Shown here in pieces: positions 47,526 to 56,625 of a stretch of 64,000 nt of DNA; the first letter of the stretch is position 1, and each line of letters opens with the position of its first letter. The position numbers and the translations under genes are program-made. Source of the stretch: Terrimicrobiaceae bacterium (GTDB taxonomy: Bacteria > Verrucomicrobiota > Verrucomicrobiia > Chthoniobacterales > Terrimicrobiaceae). The stretch is from positions 34,002 through 98,001 of the forward strand of contig JBIIPZ010000005.1 in NCBI GenBank assembly GCA_044342325.1, read 5' to 3'. Below the pieces are notes generated by a model, which saw nothing but the letters and a program-made list of their open reading frames with translations, made no database searches and had not been told where the DNA came from.

Positions 47526-49381
47526 ACGATCAGACTGTCAGGCGGAATGTTCAGGTAATCCGAGCCTGGAAGGACATTCCGCGACAGGAATCCAAAGAGC
47601 TTTTTTTCCCAGCGCCTCATTTGCTTGTTTGAACAAGTGACGATCAACTCCTGCGCGAGAATGTGGAACACAGGAATCCTCCACCCTCCCTCGCCGGCCT
47701 GCTCGGCACACTTTTGCAAAATCAAGGGCACATCCGGTTCGTTCATGTAACCATGCCGCGCACTTGCCTCCCAGAGACCAGCGGAGTGCTTTTTGATCGT
47801 TATGTTTTCAGCCTCGGCAAAAGGATTTCCCCACCCGGCGTCGAGCAAGAGAATCACCACATTTTCCGGCAGAACCTGCGTGCGCCGGTATTGCTCGAGA
47901 ATCCGTGCCACCGCGAATTCCGGATCAATCTGGCGCATCACATAAACCTGCGTTCCCGGCACACGGCGAAAATTCTCCGCCTCCATCCTCGCTGCCAGCT
48001 CCTGCACTCCCAGCGGGCTTGCCAGCAAGTGCCCATGCACCAAATCCCGACCCTTCCGCCAAGTGAGCATCACAGCCGCCACCGCTCCAGCCAGCGCCAA
48101 AGGCACGATGCCACCATCGGCGATTTTTGTGAGGCACGCGCCAAACAACGGCAAATCCAAACTCAACAGGCCAATCAAAACGACCACGGACCAGATGCGC
48201 GACACACCGGGCTCCGCCCACTTGACGACAAAAAACGCAACCGATGTCACAGCCATGGCTCCCGTCACCGCGACTCCATAAGCCCCCGCGAGCGCGTCCG
48301 CCGTGTGAAAACCCAACACCAGCATGATGCAGGCAATGCCAAAAAGACTGTTCAAAACAGGGATGTAAATCTGCCCTCGCGTCTCAGCGCTCGTGTGCCG
48401 CACATAGAATCTCGGCAGATACCCGAGATCCATCGCCTGGCTGGCCAGCGAGAACACCCCGCTGATCAGCGCCTGCGAGGCGATGATCGTCGCCGCCGTC
48501 GCCAACACGACAAGCGCCCCGCGCAGGTGCCCCTCCGGCATCATGAGAAAAAACAAATTCGTCTCGGCCGCATTCGCGGGATTTTTCATCACGAGGGCCG
48601 CCTGCCCGAGGTAGTTCAAAATCAGCGAGGGAAAAACAACCAGCCTCCAACCCGCCACGATCGGCTTCCGGCCAAAGTGCCCGAGGTCGGCGTAGAGCGC
48701 CTCCGCGCCCGTCACCGCCAAGACGACCGCACCCACCAGCGCCCATGCGCCCCACCCACCAGTCGCCAGCAGCCGCGCACCGTGCAGCGGATTCAAAGCC
48801 TGCAACACCTCCGGACAGGCACTGATTTGCACCACGCCCATGGCCGCCAACACAAGGAACCAGACCAACATGACCGGCCCGAAAACCCCTCCCAGCCGAC
48901 TCGTGCCAAAACGCTGGGCATAGAAAAAGCCCCCCAGAATAACCACAGCCAGCGGCAGTGAATAGCGACCCCACTCCGGATTCACACTCGCCAAGCCCTC
49001 CACCGCACTCAGCACCGAAACCGCTGGAGTGATTGCTCCGTCGCCGAAGAGCAGCGCCGCTCCGAAAACCAGCAGGCACGCCATCACCCCCCGGCTCACA
49101 GTCCTCGTCGGACGCCCGTCGAAAATCCGCGCCATCAACGCGAAAATCCCGCCCACGCCGTGGTAGTCAGCCTTCATGACCAACATCACATATTTCACCC
49201 AAACCACGAAAAAGAGCGTCCAAATGATCAGCGACGCCACACCCAGCGCAGCCTGCGCCCCGGCGATGCTCACCGCCAACTGATACGCATACAGCGGGCT
49301 CGTGCCGATATCCCCAAACACAACGCCCAGCGCCAAAACCGCCATTCCTGCAGCACCAAATTTGGTTTTTGTCCCAGCCAC
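47474..49381 (-). CDS. kup: KUP/HAK potassium transporter
   Basis: GVVFGDIGTSPLY, TGAEALYADLGHF, GQIYIP; AGGAGG upstream of GTG 49381. Confidence 0.95.
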   Translation of the reverse strand: MAGTKTKFGAAGMAVLALGVVFGDIGTSPLYAYQLAVSIAGAQAALGVASLIIWTLFFVVWVKYVMLVMKADYHGVGGIFALMARIFDGRPTRTVSRGVMACLLVFGAALLFGDGAITPAVSVLSAVEGLASVNPEWGRYSLPLAVVILGGFFYAQRFGTSRLGGVFGPVMLVWFLVLAAMGVVQISACPEVLQALNPLHGARLLATGGWGAWALVGAVVLAVTGAEALYADLGHFGRKPIVAGWRLVVFPSLILNYLGQAALVMKNPANAAETNLFFLMMPEGHLRGALVVLATAATIIASQALISGVFSLASQAMDLGYLPRFYVRHTSAETRGQIYIPVLNSLFGIACIMLVLGFHTADALAGAYGVAVTGAMAVTSVAFFVVKWAEPGVSRIWSVVVLIGLLSLDLPLFGACLTKIADGGIVPLALAGAVAAVMLTWRKGRDLVHGHLLASPLGVQELAARMEAENFRRVPGTQVYVMRQIDPEFAVARILEQYRRTQVLPENVVILLLDAGWGNPFAEAENITIKKHSAGLWEASARHGYMNEPDVPLILQKCAEQAGEGGWRIPVFHILAQELIVTCSNKQMRRWEKKLFGFLSRNVLPGSDYLNIPPDSLIVYNWLLRLDPAEGSAAR

Positions 49382-49398
49382 AGGATTGAGAATTCCTC

Positions 49399-49632
49399 CT
49401 ACGACAAATCCTCCGCCGTTACACTCTGCTGCGGGCGCGAGGCCAACATCCTCGCCTGCTCGACCACCCGCTCCGGCGCTTCGTCGAAGCGGTATCCGTG
49501 ACAGTTCGGACACGAGGTGACCCGCATCGTGACGATGGATTCACACCCCTCGCAAACCTTGAAATTTTCAGGTGCGGCGATGATTTTTTCCGCCCTCGCC
49601 GCGCGGTCCGCAAGATGATCAGTGCTCGACAT
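49399..49632 (-). CDS. Small zinc-ribbon protein
   Basis: KVCEGCESIV...CPNCHGYRFD, 77 aa. Confidence 0.75.
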   Translation of the reverse strand: MSSTDHLADRAARAEKIIAAPENFKVCEGCESIVTMRVTSCPNCHGYRFDEAPERVVEQARMLASRPQQSVTAEDLS

Positions 49633-49691
49633 TCCCGTATGCGTATCACCGATCTCGCAGTCCGCAAAATCCAAATCCACACGATCGCCGC

Positions 49692-49719
49692 TTGAAAAAC
49701 CCCGACACGCGTCTACCAT
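49692..49719 (+). promoter_or_regulatory. Putative sigma70 promoter of rnpB
   Basis: TTGAAA-N16-TACCAT, 7 bp upstream of the predicted RNA 5' end. Confidence 0.55.
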
Positions 49720-49726
49720 CTCCACC

Positions 49727-50149
49727 GATGGCGGACGGTCGCTCTCGGCCAGCCGCAAGGCGATTCGGGAGAGGAAAGTCCGGACACCACAAGGCAGCAT
49801 GCCGCGTAGAATGCGCGGGGGGCCGGGGCCAAAGTCCCGGTCGACGGAAAGTGTCACAGAGAACATACCGCCCACCCCGGCGCAAGCCGGGCGGCAAGGG
49901 TGAAAAGGCGGAGTAAAAGCCCACCGCCCCGAGCGTAAGCAAGGGGGCACGAAAAACCCCATGCGGTGCAAGACAGAACAGGAGGGATCGGGTCGCCTGC
50001 CCAACACGCCGCGCAAGCGGCGACACCCTCCGGGTATTGGTCGCAGTCCGCAAGGACCCCGCCCCGCCGCGAGGCGTGGAGTGAGACAAATGACCGTCCA
50101 GGCAGTCGGCGCAAGCCGCCCGCTGGACAGAATCCGGCTTACAGCCATC
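49727..50149 (+). ncRNA. rnpB: RNase P RNA (class A)
   Basis: GAGGAAAGTCCGG, GAAAGTGTCACAGA, ACAGAATCCGGCTTA; P1 pairing GATGGC/GCCATC. Confidence 0.96.
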
Positions 50150-50157
50150 AACCCCTC

Positions 50158-50197
50158 GGGGGCGCTCCGCAAACACGGCGCGCCCCCGGCCTTTTTT
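50158..50197 (+). terminator. Putative rnpB terminator
   Basis: GGGGGCGC...GCGCCCCC stem followed closely by TTTTTT. Confidence 0.45.
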
Positions 50198-50198
50198 A

Positions 50199-50426
50199 TC
50201 ACTGCTGTTGTTGCTGCTCCTGCTGCGGCCTGCCCAAAGCCTCCGCCTCCACCAAAACCGCCCCCTTCAGCAACCGGCAAAACTCCTTTTTCGTCACCTC
50301 CTGATGCGGCCCCCGCCCGCTCAAAGGATCCGTCATAGTCTTATATTGCACCTCCAACCGCCCCAACTGAACAATCCGGTAATACTCGCTCCCCTTATGC
50401 CAAATCTGATTCTGCTGAAGTTTCAT
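50199..50426 (-). CDS. Small hypothetical protein
   Basis: 75-aa ORF MKLQQNQIWHKGSEYYRIVQLGRLEVQYK...KKEFCRLLKGA with globular composition. Confidence 0.65.
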   Translation of the reverse strand: MKLQQNQIWHKGSEYYRIVQLGRLEVQYKTMTDPLSGRGPHQEVTKKEFCRLLKGAVLVEAEALGRPQQEQQQQQ

Positions 50427-50479
50427 ACCTCAACTTATCCAGCCCCCGCCACCCATGCGCCAACCTTTTAAACTAGGGG

Positions 50480-51538
50480 TCAGTGTTCATTTTCTTTCAT
50501 TTTTTCCGAGACAAACCGCCACAGCGCCTCTGAAACCTTCTCCTCAAGCCGCGCCGGATCCATACGATGAACCACCCGGCTCACATTCGCGGCTGTTTTC
50601 ATGCTCAGATGCTCGGCAATCCACATCTGCGAGACCGTAGTCTTTTTCCATAGCAATCCAGCCAAGAGCACCTTCCGCGGCTCGGTGCAACGATGCCCGG
50701 CCAACTCATCCTTGGTGAGTTTTGCAACTCGTAATCCCTCCTCCAAAAGCTCAAGCGCTTTTTGTTCCCCGTGAGCCTTTCTTTCAGGGCTTGCATCATA
50801 GCCGCGCGCCTTGCGCTTTCGGCCGATAGCCGCCTCGCCGAGCTTCATCAATTTCTCCGCGAACGCCTGTTTTCCCCAATACCAGCCCCGTCGCAAATGG
50901 CTTCCCCGCTTGTCGGCATCCGCATCCACCGCCACAAACCCGCTCCGCTCACGCTCCTCCGCCGCGCGCTTGTCCAAGCGCTCGACCATTTTTTTCCGAC
51001 CCTCCGCCGTATCCTCCACCCCCATCGTCCCCAGCCCCTGATCCGCAGCCAGCCACTTCGCCCTCTGATGCGGCATCACGGCATACCCACCCGCCAAGCT
51101 ACTCCACGGATAATCCAAAACACTCTGCCCCTGCGTGACATCGACCAGCCCAGCACGGCAAGGATTCAAGTGAATGTAATCCCACAGCGTTTCATAGTAA
51201 TAAGGGCTCTCCCCATCGACCACCACCGCCTTGTAGCGATCGCCAAACAACCGCCCCCACTCGCGATGCCGCACATTGAACCGCCGCGTCACCGTGTTTT
51301 GCAGCCATTTCATCCCCTCCACCAAGTTCGCCTCGGGCGTCTGAATGAAAAGGTGGTAATGGTTTTCCATCAACACCCAAGCATGCACCTTCCAACCCGT
51401 TTTTTCACAGACATCCGCAAGGCATTGCAAAAAAAACCGCCGATCATGATCATCCAAAAAAATCGCCGCCTTCCGATTCCCCCGAGCCATCACATGGTAA
51501 AAAGCTCCTTCAAATTCCAATCGAATACTTCGTGCCAT
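50480..51538 (-). CDS. HUH/Y1 tyrosine transposase (RAYT-like) with C-terminal HTH-like extension
   Basis: YHVMARGN, HUH motif NHYHL, GRLFGDRYKA, catalytic YIHLNPCRAG, YPWSS. Confidence 0.92.
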   Translation of the reverse strand: MARSIRLEFEGAFYHVMARGNRKAAIFLDDHDRRFFLQCLADVCEKTGWKVHAWVLMENHYHLFIQTPEANLVEGMKWLQNTVTRRFNVRHREWGRLFGDRYKAVVVDGESPYYYETLWDYIHLNPCRAGLVDVTQGQSVLDYPWSSLAGGYAVMPHQRAKWLAADQGLGTMGVEDTAEGRKKMVERLDKRAAEERERSGFVAVDADADKRGSHLRRGWYWGKQAFAEKLMKLGEAAIGRKRKARGYDASPERKAHGEQKALELLEEGLRVAKLTKDELAGHRCTEPRKVLLAGLLWKKTTVSQMWIAEHLSMKTAANVSRVVHRMDPARLEEKVSEALWRFVSEKMKENEH

Positions 51539-51824
51539 ACCGAAAATCCAACAGATGAAAGCGACGCGCGCAAACTAAAAGTGAAAGAAAATGAACCCTG
51601 ACCCCTAGTTTGGTTCGTCGGCGTTCTTTTGGGGTTAGCGTTGTGTTGAGGACTTCCGGCAAGAGCTGGGCTGCCAAACGAAAATTGCAAAGCAAACACC
51701 ATGACGCATGGCCGTCGCTCTTGCGCGGAAAGTTTTTCCTTTCGACAAACACCCCCGACACCTGCCGCGCATCTTTTTCATTTCCAGCACCGCCGCTGCT
51801 TTCTAAAAAATCCCCCCATCCCGC

Positions 51825-54416
51825 ATGAAGCGCTCCACAAAAAAACACGCCGCCCCGGAACTTCCTCCCGCGAGTGATTGGCGAACCTCCGACCAAGACG
51901 AAATTCTCAAGCGCCGCATCCGCGCCCGCGAGGAAACCTTCCGCATCGAAAACCTCGACCCCGCCGAGTCCATCTTTTCAAACTTCGAAATCCATTCCGC
52001 CAGCGGCATGTCCTACCGTGCCGAAATCCGCGACATCGCCGCCGCGCAGTATTCCTGCACCTGCACGGATTTCCGCATCAATGGTCTGGGCACCTGCAAA
52101 CATATCGAGGCGCTCCTCCTCCAACTCGCCCGTCGCCAGCGCGCCGCATTCTCCGCCGCCAAGCGCCTACCGTCCCCGCGCATAGACCTTGTCCCCCACG
52201 CCGAATCCAGCCGCCTCCGGATCGAACGCAATCTCGACAAACTCCCCGCCCGCTTCCGCTGCCTCTTTGATTCCGAAGGTTTCCAAATCTCCGACCTCGA
52301 CCCCGAATCCCTCCACGAAAAACTCCTAAAAAATCCCGCCCACGTGCTGCGCATTTCGCAGGATACCAAGGCCTGGCTCGCCCACCGCGCCCGCGAGCGC
52401 GATTGCGTGCTCACCCGCCGCGACTACGAGATCGGTGTCCGCGACGGCCGCCATCCCGAGCAGGTCACGCTCCATCCGCTCTTTCCCTACCAGCGCGAAG
52501 GCATGCTCCACCTTGCCTTCCGCGAGAGAGCCCTCCTCGCCGACGAAATGGGCCTCGGCAAGACCATTCAAGCCATCGCCGCATGCGCGCTCTTACACTC
52601 GCTCGGCAAGGCCCGCCGCGTCCTCGTCGTCACACCGGCCTCCCTCAAAACGGAATGGGAGGAGCAGATCAAAAAATTCACCACCCACCCGCTGCGCCTG
52701 GTCTTCGGCGGCCGCTCCGCCCGCGCCGCGCTTTACCGCGACCCAGACCCCGCCTTTTTCACCATCGCGAACTACGAGCAAATCGTTTCCGACTCGCTCG
52801 AGATCAATACCCACCTGCGCCCGGATATCGTCGTTCTCGACGAAGCCCAGCGCATCAAGAACTGGCCCACCAAGACCGCCCAAGCCGTCAAACGCCTCCA
52901 GAGCCGCTACGCCTTCGTCCTCACCGGCACACCCATCGAAAACCGCATCGACGAACTCCGCTCCCTCGTCGACTTCCTCGACCCCGCCCTTCTCGGCCCG
53001 CTTTTCCGCTTCAACCGCGAGTATTACGAACTCGACGAGCGCGGTCGACCATCCGGCTACAAAAACCTCGCCCGGCTCCGCGAACGCGTCCGCCCCATTC
53101 TCCTCCGTCGCCGCAAGCGCGATGTTGAAACCGAACTCCCCGACCGCTCGGACCGCAACCACTTCGTCCGCCTCACCAAGCCCATGCAGGATGAATACGA
53201 CGAGCACAAGGCCACCGCCAGCCGCCTCGTCAACAAATCCAAAACCCGCCCTCTCACGCCCAGCGAACAAGATATCCTGATGATCTCGCTCAACTGCATG
53301 CGAATGGTCTGCGACTCGCCCTGCCTCATCAAAAAGAACCCCTCCCGCGACTGCCCAAAGCTCGAGGAACTCGGCGGCATCCTAGACGAACTCCTCTCGG
53401 ACCCGGATGTCAAAATCATCGTCTTCTCCGAGTGGACCGGCATGCTCGAGTTCGTCCGCGACCTCGCGAAAAAACTCGGCGTCCACTTCGCCTGGCACAC
53501 CGGCTCTGTTCCACAACAACGCCGCCGCGCCGAGATTCTCGCCTTCCGCAACGACCCCGCCTGCCGCCTCTTCCTCAGCACCGACTCCGGCGGCGTGGGA
53601 CTCAATCTCCAGAACGCCAGCGTCGTCATAAACTGCGACCTCCCTTGGAATCCCGCCAAGCTCGAGCAGCGCATCGCACGCGCTTGGCGCAAGGGCCAAC
53701 TCCGCCCCGTCACCGTTGTCAACCTCGTCGCCGAACACACCATCGAGCACGCCATGCTCGGTTCCCTCGCCGCAAAGACCGGCCTCTCCGAAGGCGTCCT
53801 CGACGGCGCCGACCTTGCCAACATCAAACTCAAAACCGGCCGCGACTCGCTCCTCAAGCGCCTCGAGCAAATCCTCGCGCCCACAGATTCACAAAAAACC
53901 GCGCCGCCCGCACCCGTCACCGACCCCGCCGCGCACTTTGCCAACCGGGCCCGCGAAACCCTTGGCATGCGCCTCCAGCATTGCGAGGAGACCTGGATTC
54001 CCGGGCGCGATACCCCGATCCTCCTCGCCGTCGTCGATAAAATCGACCCTGCATCCAGTGAGAAAATCCAAGCCCTCCACCGCGAAAACCCCTGGCCAGG
54101 CACTTCCCAAAACGCCCTCCAAATCCTCGACGCCTCGACTTGGGATGCCCTGAAAAATCTCGCCGCCGTCGGCATGATCACCATCCAAAGCCGTGCCGCC
54201 CGCCCACTCATTCCCGCTGCAGGCGAACCTCTCCGCCCGCCTCTCACGCCCGAGCAACTCGCCCGCATCGCCACACTCCGCGCCCTCGCCGCAAAAAAAC
54301 ACCGCGCCGCCGAAGCCCTTACCTCCGCCGGACTCCCCGAGGAAGCCGAGCCACTCCTCGCCGCAGCCCGCGAAGCCGAAGCCCAGGCCCTCGCCATCGA
54401 GTCCGGCCAAGCCTAA
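51825..54416 (+). CDS. SWIM zinc finger + SNF2-family helicase/ATPase
   Basis: CTCTDF...TCKH; LADEMGLGKT; DEAQ; TGTPIEN; WNPAKLEQRIARAWRKGQ. Confidence 0.93.
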   Translation: MKRSTKKHAAPELPPASDWRTSDQDEILKRRIRAREETFRIENLDPAESIFSNFEIHSASGMSYRAEIRDIAAAQYSCTCTDFRINGLGTCKHIEALLLQLARRQRAAFSAAKRLPSPRIDLVPHAESSRLRIERNLDKLPARFRCLFDSEGFQISDLDPESLHEKLLKNPAHVLRISQDTKAWLAHRARERDCVLTRRDYEIGVRDGRHPEQVTLHPLFPYQREGMLHLAFRERALLADEMGLGKTIQAIAACALLHSLGKARRVLVVTPASLKTEWEEQIKKFTTHPLRLVFGGRSARAALYRDPDPAFFTIANYEQIVSDSLEINTHLRPDIVVLDEAQRIKNWPTKTAQAVKRLQSRYAFVLTGTPIENRIDELRSLVDFLDPALLGPLFRFNREYYELDERGRPSGYKNLARLRERVRPILLRRRKRDVETELPDRSDRNHFVRLTKPMQDEYDEHKATASRLVNKSKTRPLTPSEQDILMISLNCMRMVCDSPCLIKKNPSRDCPKLEELGGILDELLSDPDVKIIVFSEWTGMLEFVRDLAKKLGVHFAWHTGSVPQQRRRAEILAFRNDPACRLFLSTDSGGVGLNLQNASVVINCDLPWNPAKLEQRIARAWRKGQLRPVTVVNLVAEHTIEHAMLGSLAAKTGLSEGVLDGADLANIKLKTGRDSLLKRLEQILAPTDSQKTAPPAPVTDPAAHFANRARETLGMRLQHCEETWIPGRDTPILLAVVDKIDPASSEKIQALHRENPWPGTSQNALQILDASTWDALKNLAAVGMITIQSRAARPLIPAAGEPLRPPLTPEQLARIATLRALAAKKHRAAEALTSAGLPEEAEPLLAAAREAEAQALAIESGQA

Positions 54417-54424
54417 ACCACCCC

Positions 54425-55711
54425 ATGGCCCTCCGCCTCTGCAGCGAGATACTCCACGGCGAACTCGAGAACCGCCAACCGGGCCGCACCACCGGCATTC
54501 TCCACCTCGTCGGCCACAAAGAACCACTCACCCTCGACCTCGTTGGCAACCCTTGGCGCGACCTCGCAGGCCATCGCGTTGTTTTCAAAAACCCATCACC
54601 CGGTCCCGCCCGCGAAGCCATTTCCAGACTCGTTAAAAAACAAACCGGCCGCGTCGGCGACATCACCGCCTCCCGCAAAGTGAAGGTCCTCGACTGCCCT
54701 CTCGAGGAACTCTCCGCCCTCCACAGAGAGAACCGCCCCATCCCCCACCACTGGGCAAATTCCCTCTACCTCGAATGGTTCGGCGACACCAACGGACGCA
54801 TCGTTGTCGAGGCCACTGGATTTGAAATTTCCATCGACCCCGAGCCCGCTTGGACCATGACCACCGAGGACGAGACCGCGCAGCATGAGGACAACCGCTC
54901 CGCTATGCTCGATTTCGCAAACTCCCTCGGCGCCGCCTTTGCCAACGGCCTCGTGGAACTCCCCGCCATCGACGAATCCGACGACGAACCGCAGAGCCGA
55001 CTCGAAGCCGAGGCCGACTCCGAAGCCGCCCGAATGAACCTTCTACTCGACCGCATCCAAGCCCGAATGCTCCGTGAGGATGCCGATCCCGAGGATTTCG
55101 ACGAAATCTGGGACGAGGAACGCGAAAGGCTCCGCATCGAGCTCGGCGAACCCGAACCCCCGCCACTCACGCCCGAGCAGGAGGCCGGCATGGACGCCCG
55201 CATCGACGAACTCAACGCCCTCTCCAACGAAGCCATCCACGACCAAGCTGATAATCCACCCTTCGGTGAATCCGAAGACCATCCCCTTGTCGAAAAAGCC
55301 CGCGATCTCGCCATCTCCATGCACCACGCCGCCGAAGCCGCCGGCTGGATTCCCGAAGGCTCACCGCCGGAGCATCCCCTGAATGAAGCCTGGTCCTGCA
55401 TCGCCACGGCATCCGCCAAGCTCGCCGGCGCCCTCAACATCCACGATCCCGAAGACTGGCCCCCGGAACCACTCTTCGCCGGACACGCACTCCACCGCCT
55501 CAAGACGGCCCGACGCTTCCTCCGCGACGCCCTGCTCGCCATTGAAACCGCAGCAGCAGACCACCTCGCACCCACCGAATGGACCTCCTCCATAGCGGCC
55601 GCCCTCACCTCCGAAATCCTCCCCCAAATCGAGCACCTCATCACCGAAGTCCGCCTCATTCTCAACGCCGCCGACCAACATCCCGACTTGGACGACGAGG
55701 ACCTCCCATGA
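54425..55711 (+). CDS. Hypothetical protein with acidic helical C-terminal half
   Basis: ATG 8 bp after the helicase stop; GELENRQPGRTTG...LYLEWFGDTNGRIVVE; overlaps the next gene (ATGA). Confidence 0.8.
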   Translation: MALRLCSEILHGELENRQPGRTTGILHLVGHKEPLTLDLVGNPWRDLAGHRVVFKNPSPGPAREAISRLVKKQTGRVGDITASRKVKVLDCPLEELSALHRENRPIPHHWANSLYLEWFGDTNGRIVVEATGFEISIDPEPAWTMTTEDETAQHEDNRSAMLDFANSLGAAFANGLVELPAIDESDDEPQSRLEAEADSEAARMNLLLDRIQARMLREDADPEDFDEIWDEERERLRIELGEPEPPPLTPEQEAGMDARIDELNALSNEAIHDQADNPPFGESEDHPLVEKARDLAISMHHAAEAAGWIPEGSPPEHPLNEAWSCIATASAKLAGALNIHDPEDWPPEPLFAGHALHRLKTARRFLRDALLAIETAAADHLAPTEWTSSIAAALTSEILPQIEHLITEVRLILNAADQHPDLDDEDLP

Positions 55712-56385
55712 AGCCGCCCGCTGATTCCGACGCCATCCTCGTCTTCCCCAGCCAAGGAGAGGGCGACTGCGCCCACTGCGCCGCCCCGCTCTATCGTAGC
55801 CCCTTCGTCACTTTCAAAAATGACACCATCGCCTGCGTGAAATGCGGGGGATTGGAAAACCTCGAGTTCCTCCCCTCCGGCAACGCCGCCCTCACACGCC
55901 GCACCAACGCGCTTTCCGCCATCAAGTATGTCGTCCTGAAATTCAGTCGCGCGCGCAAACGCTACGAACGCCAAGGCATTCTTGCCCACCCCGAGATTCT
56001 CGACCAGGCCCGCCGTGAATGCGAGGCCGACGAAGCCGCTCGCGAAGCCAAACGCCACGCCTCCTCCGCGCGCCGGGTCAAACAGGACGCCGCCTACATG
56101 GCCGCCCTCGCCTCCCGCATCCGCGAACTTTATCCCTCCGCCCCAGTCGGCGTGGAACACGAAATCGCCACCCACGCCTGCCGCAAACACAGCGGCCGCG
56201 TCGGCCGAACCGCCTTCGCAAAGGAACTCGCACCCGAATCCATCCACCTCGCCGTCCGCGCCCACATCCGCCACCACCACACATCCTACGACCGCCTCAT
56301 GTCCAGCGGCGCCGATCGCGCCGATGCCCGCCGCCTCGTCGCCGCCCACATCGAAGAAACAACCCGCCGCTGGCTCAATCCCTGA
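55708..56385 (+). CDS. DUF2293-domain protein with N-terminal CxxC...CxxC
   Basis: FSRARKRYERQG; HACRKHSGRVGRT; AVRAHIRHHHTSYD. Confidence 0.85.
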   Translation: MKPPADSDAILVFPSQGEGDCAHCAAPLYRSPFVTFKNDTIACVKCGGLENLEFLPSGNAALTRRTNALSAIKYVVLKFSRARKRYERQGILAHPEILDQARRECEADEAAREAKRHASSARRVKQDAAYMAALASRIRELYPSAPVGVEHEIATHACRKHSGRVGRTAFAKELAPESIHLAVRAHIRHHHTSYDRLMSSGADRADARRLVAAHIEETTRRWLNP

Positions 56386-56625
56386 TTTTACATGATGCTC
56401 CCCCTCGGCACATGAAAGGGCTCACGCTTTGGAGCGCGGAAAAAGACGAACGATTCAAATAGTGTTACCTACGTCCTGACCGAGCCCGATTCGACCTTCC
56501 CACGCAACCCCGTTCCCATCACTTCTCGCCACACCGTTCTTTCACCAAAAATGAAAGAAAATGAACACTGACCCCTAGTTTGAGAGTCGCTTGTTAGCCA
56601 GTTTAAATATCTCTCTGGTTTTAAT

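Larger units (their letters stand above)
50470..56581. mobile_element. TIR-bounded Y1/HUH transposon-like element with cargo (6,112 bp)
   Basis: Perfect 35-bp IR AAACTAGGGGTCAGTGTTCATTTTCTTTCATTTTT at 50470-50504 and 56547-56581; internal copy at 51577-51611 with 2 mismatches. Confidence 0.8.

Noticed and set aside
50199..50225. Poly-Gln tail as a contingency repeat
   Set aside because: Short, mixed CAG/CAA codons; no evidence of phase variation.
49633..50280. N-terminal 216 aa of the 293-aa minus-strand ORF
   Set aside because: Antisense to rnpB; only the last 77 aa (zinc-ribbon protein) look real.
50480..51800. IS200/IS605 element with TnpB/omega RNA
   Set aside because: No RuvC-type TnpB is adjacent; the transposase is longer, RAYT-like and TIR-flanked. 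The IS66 tnpB is an unrelated protein.
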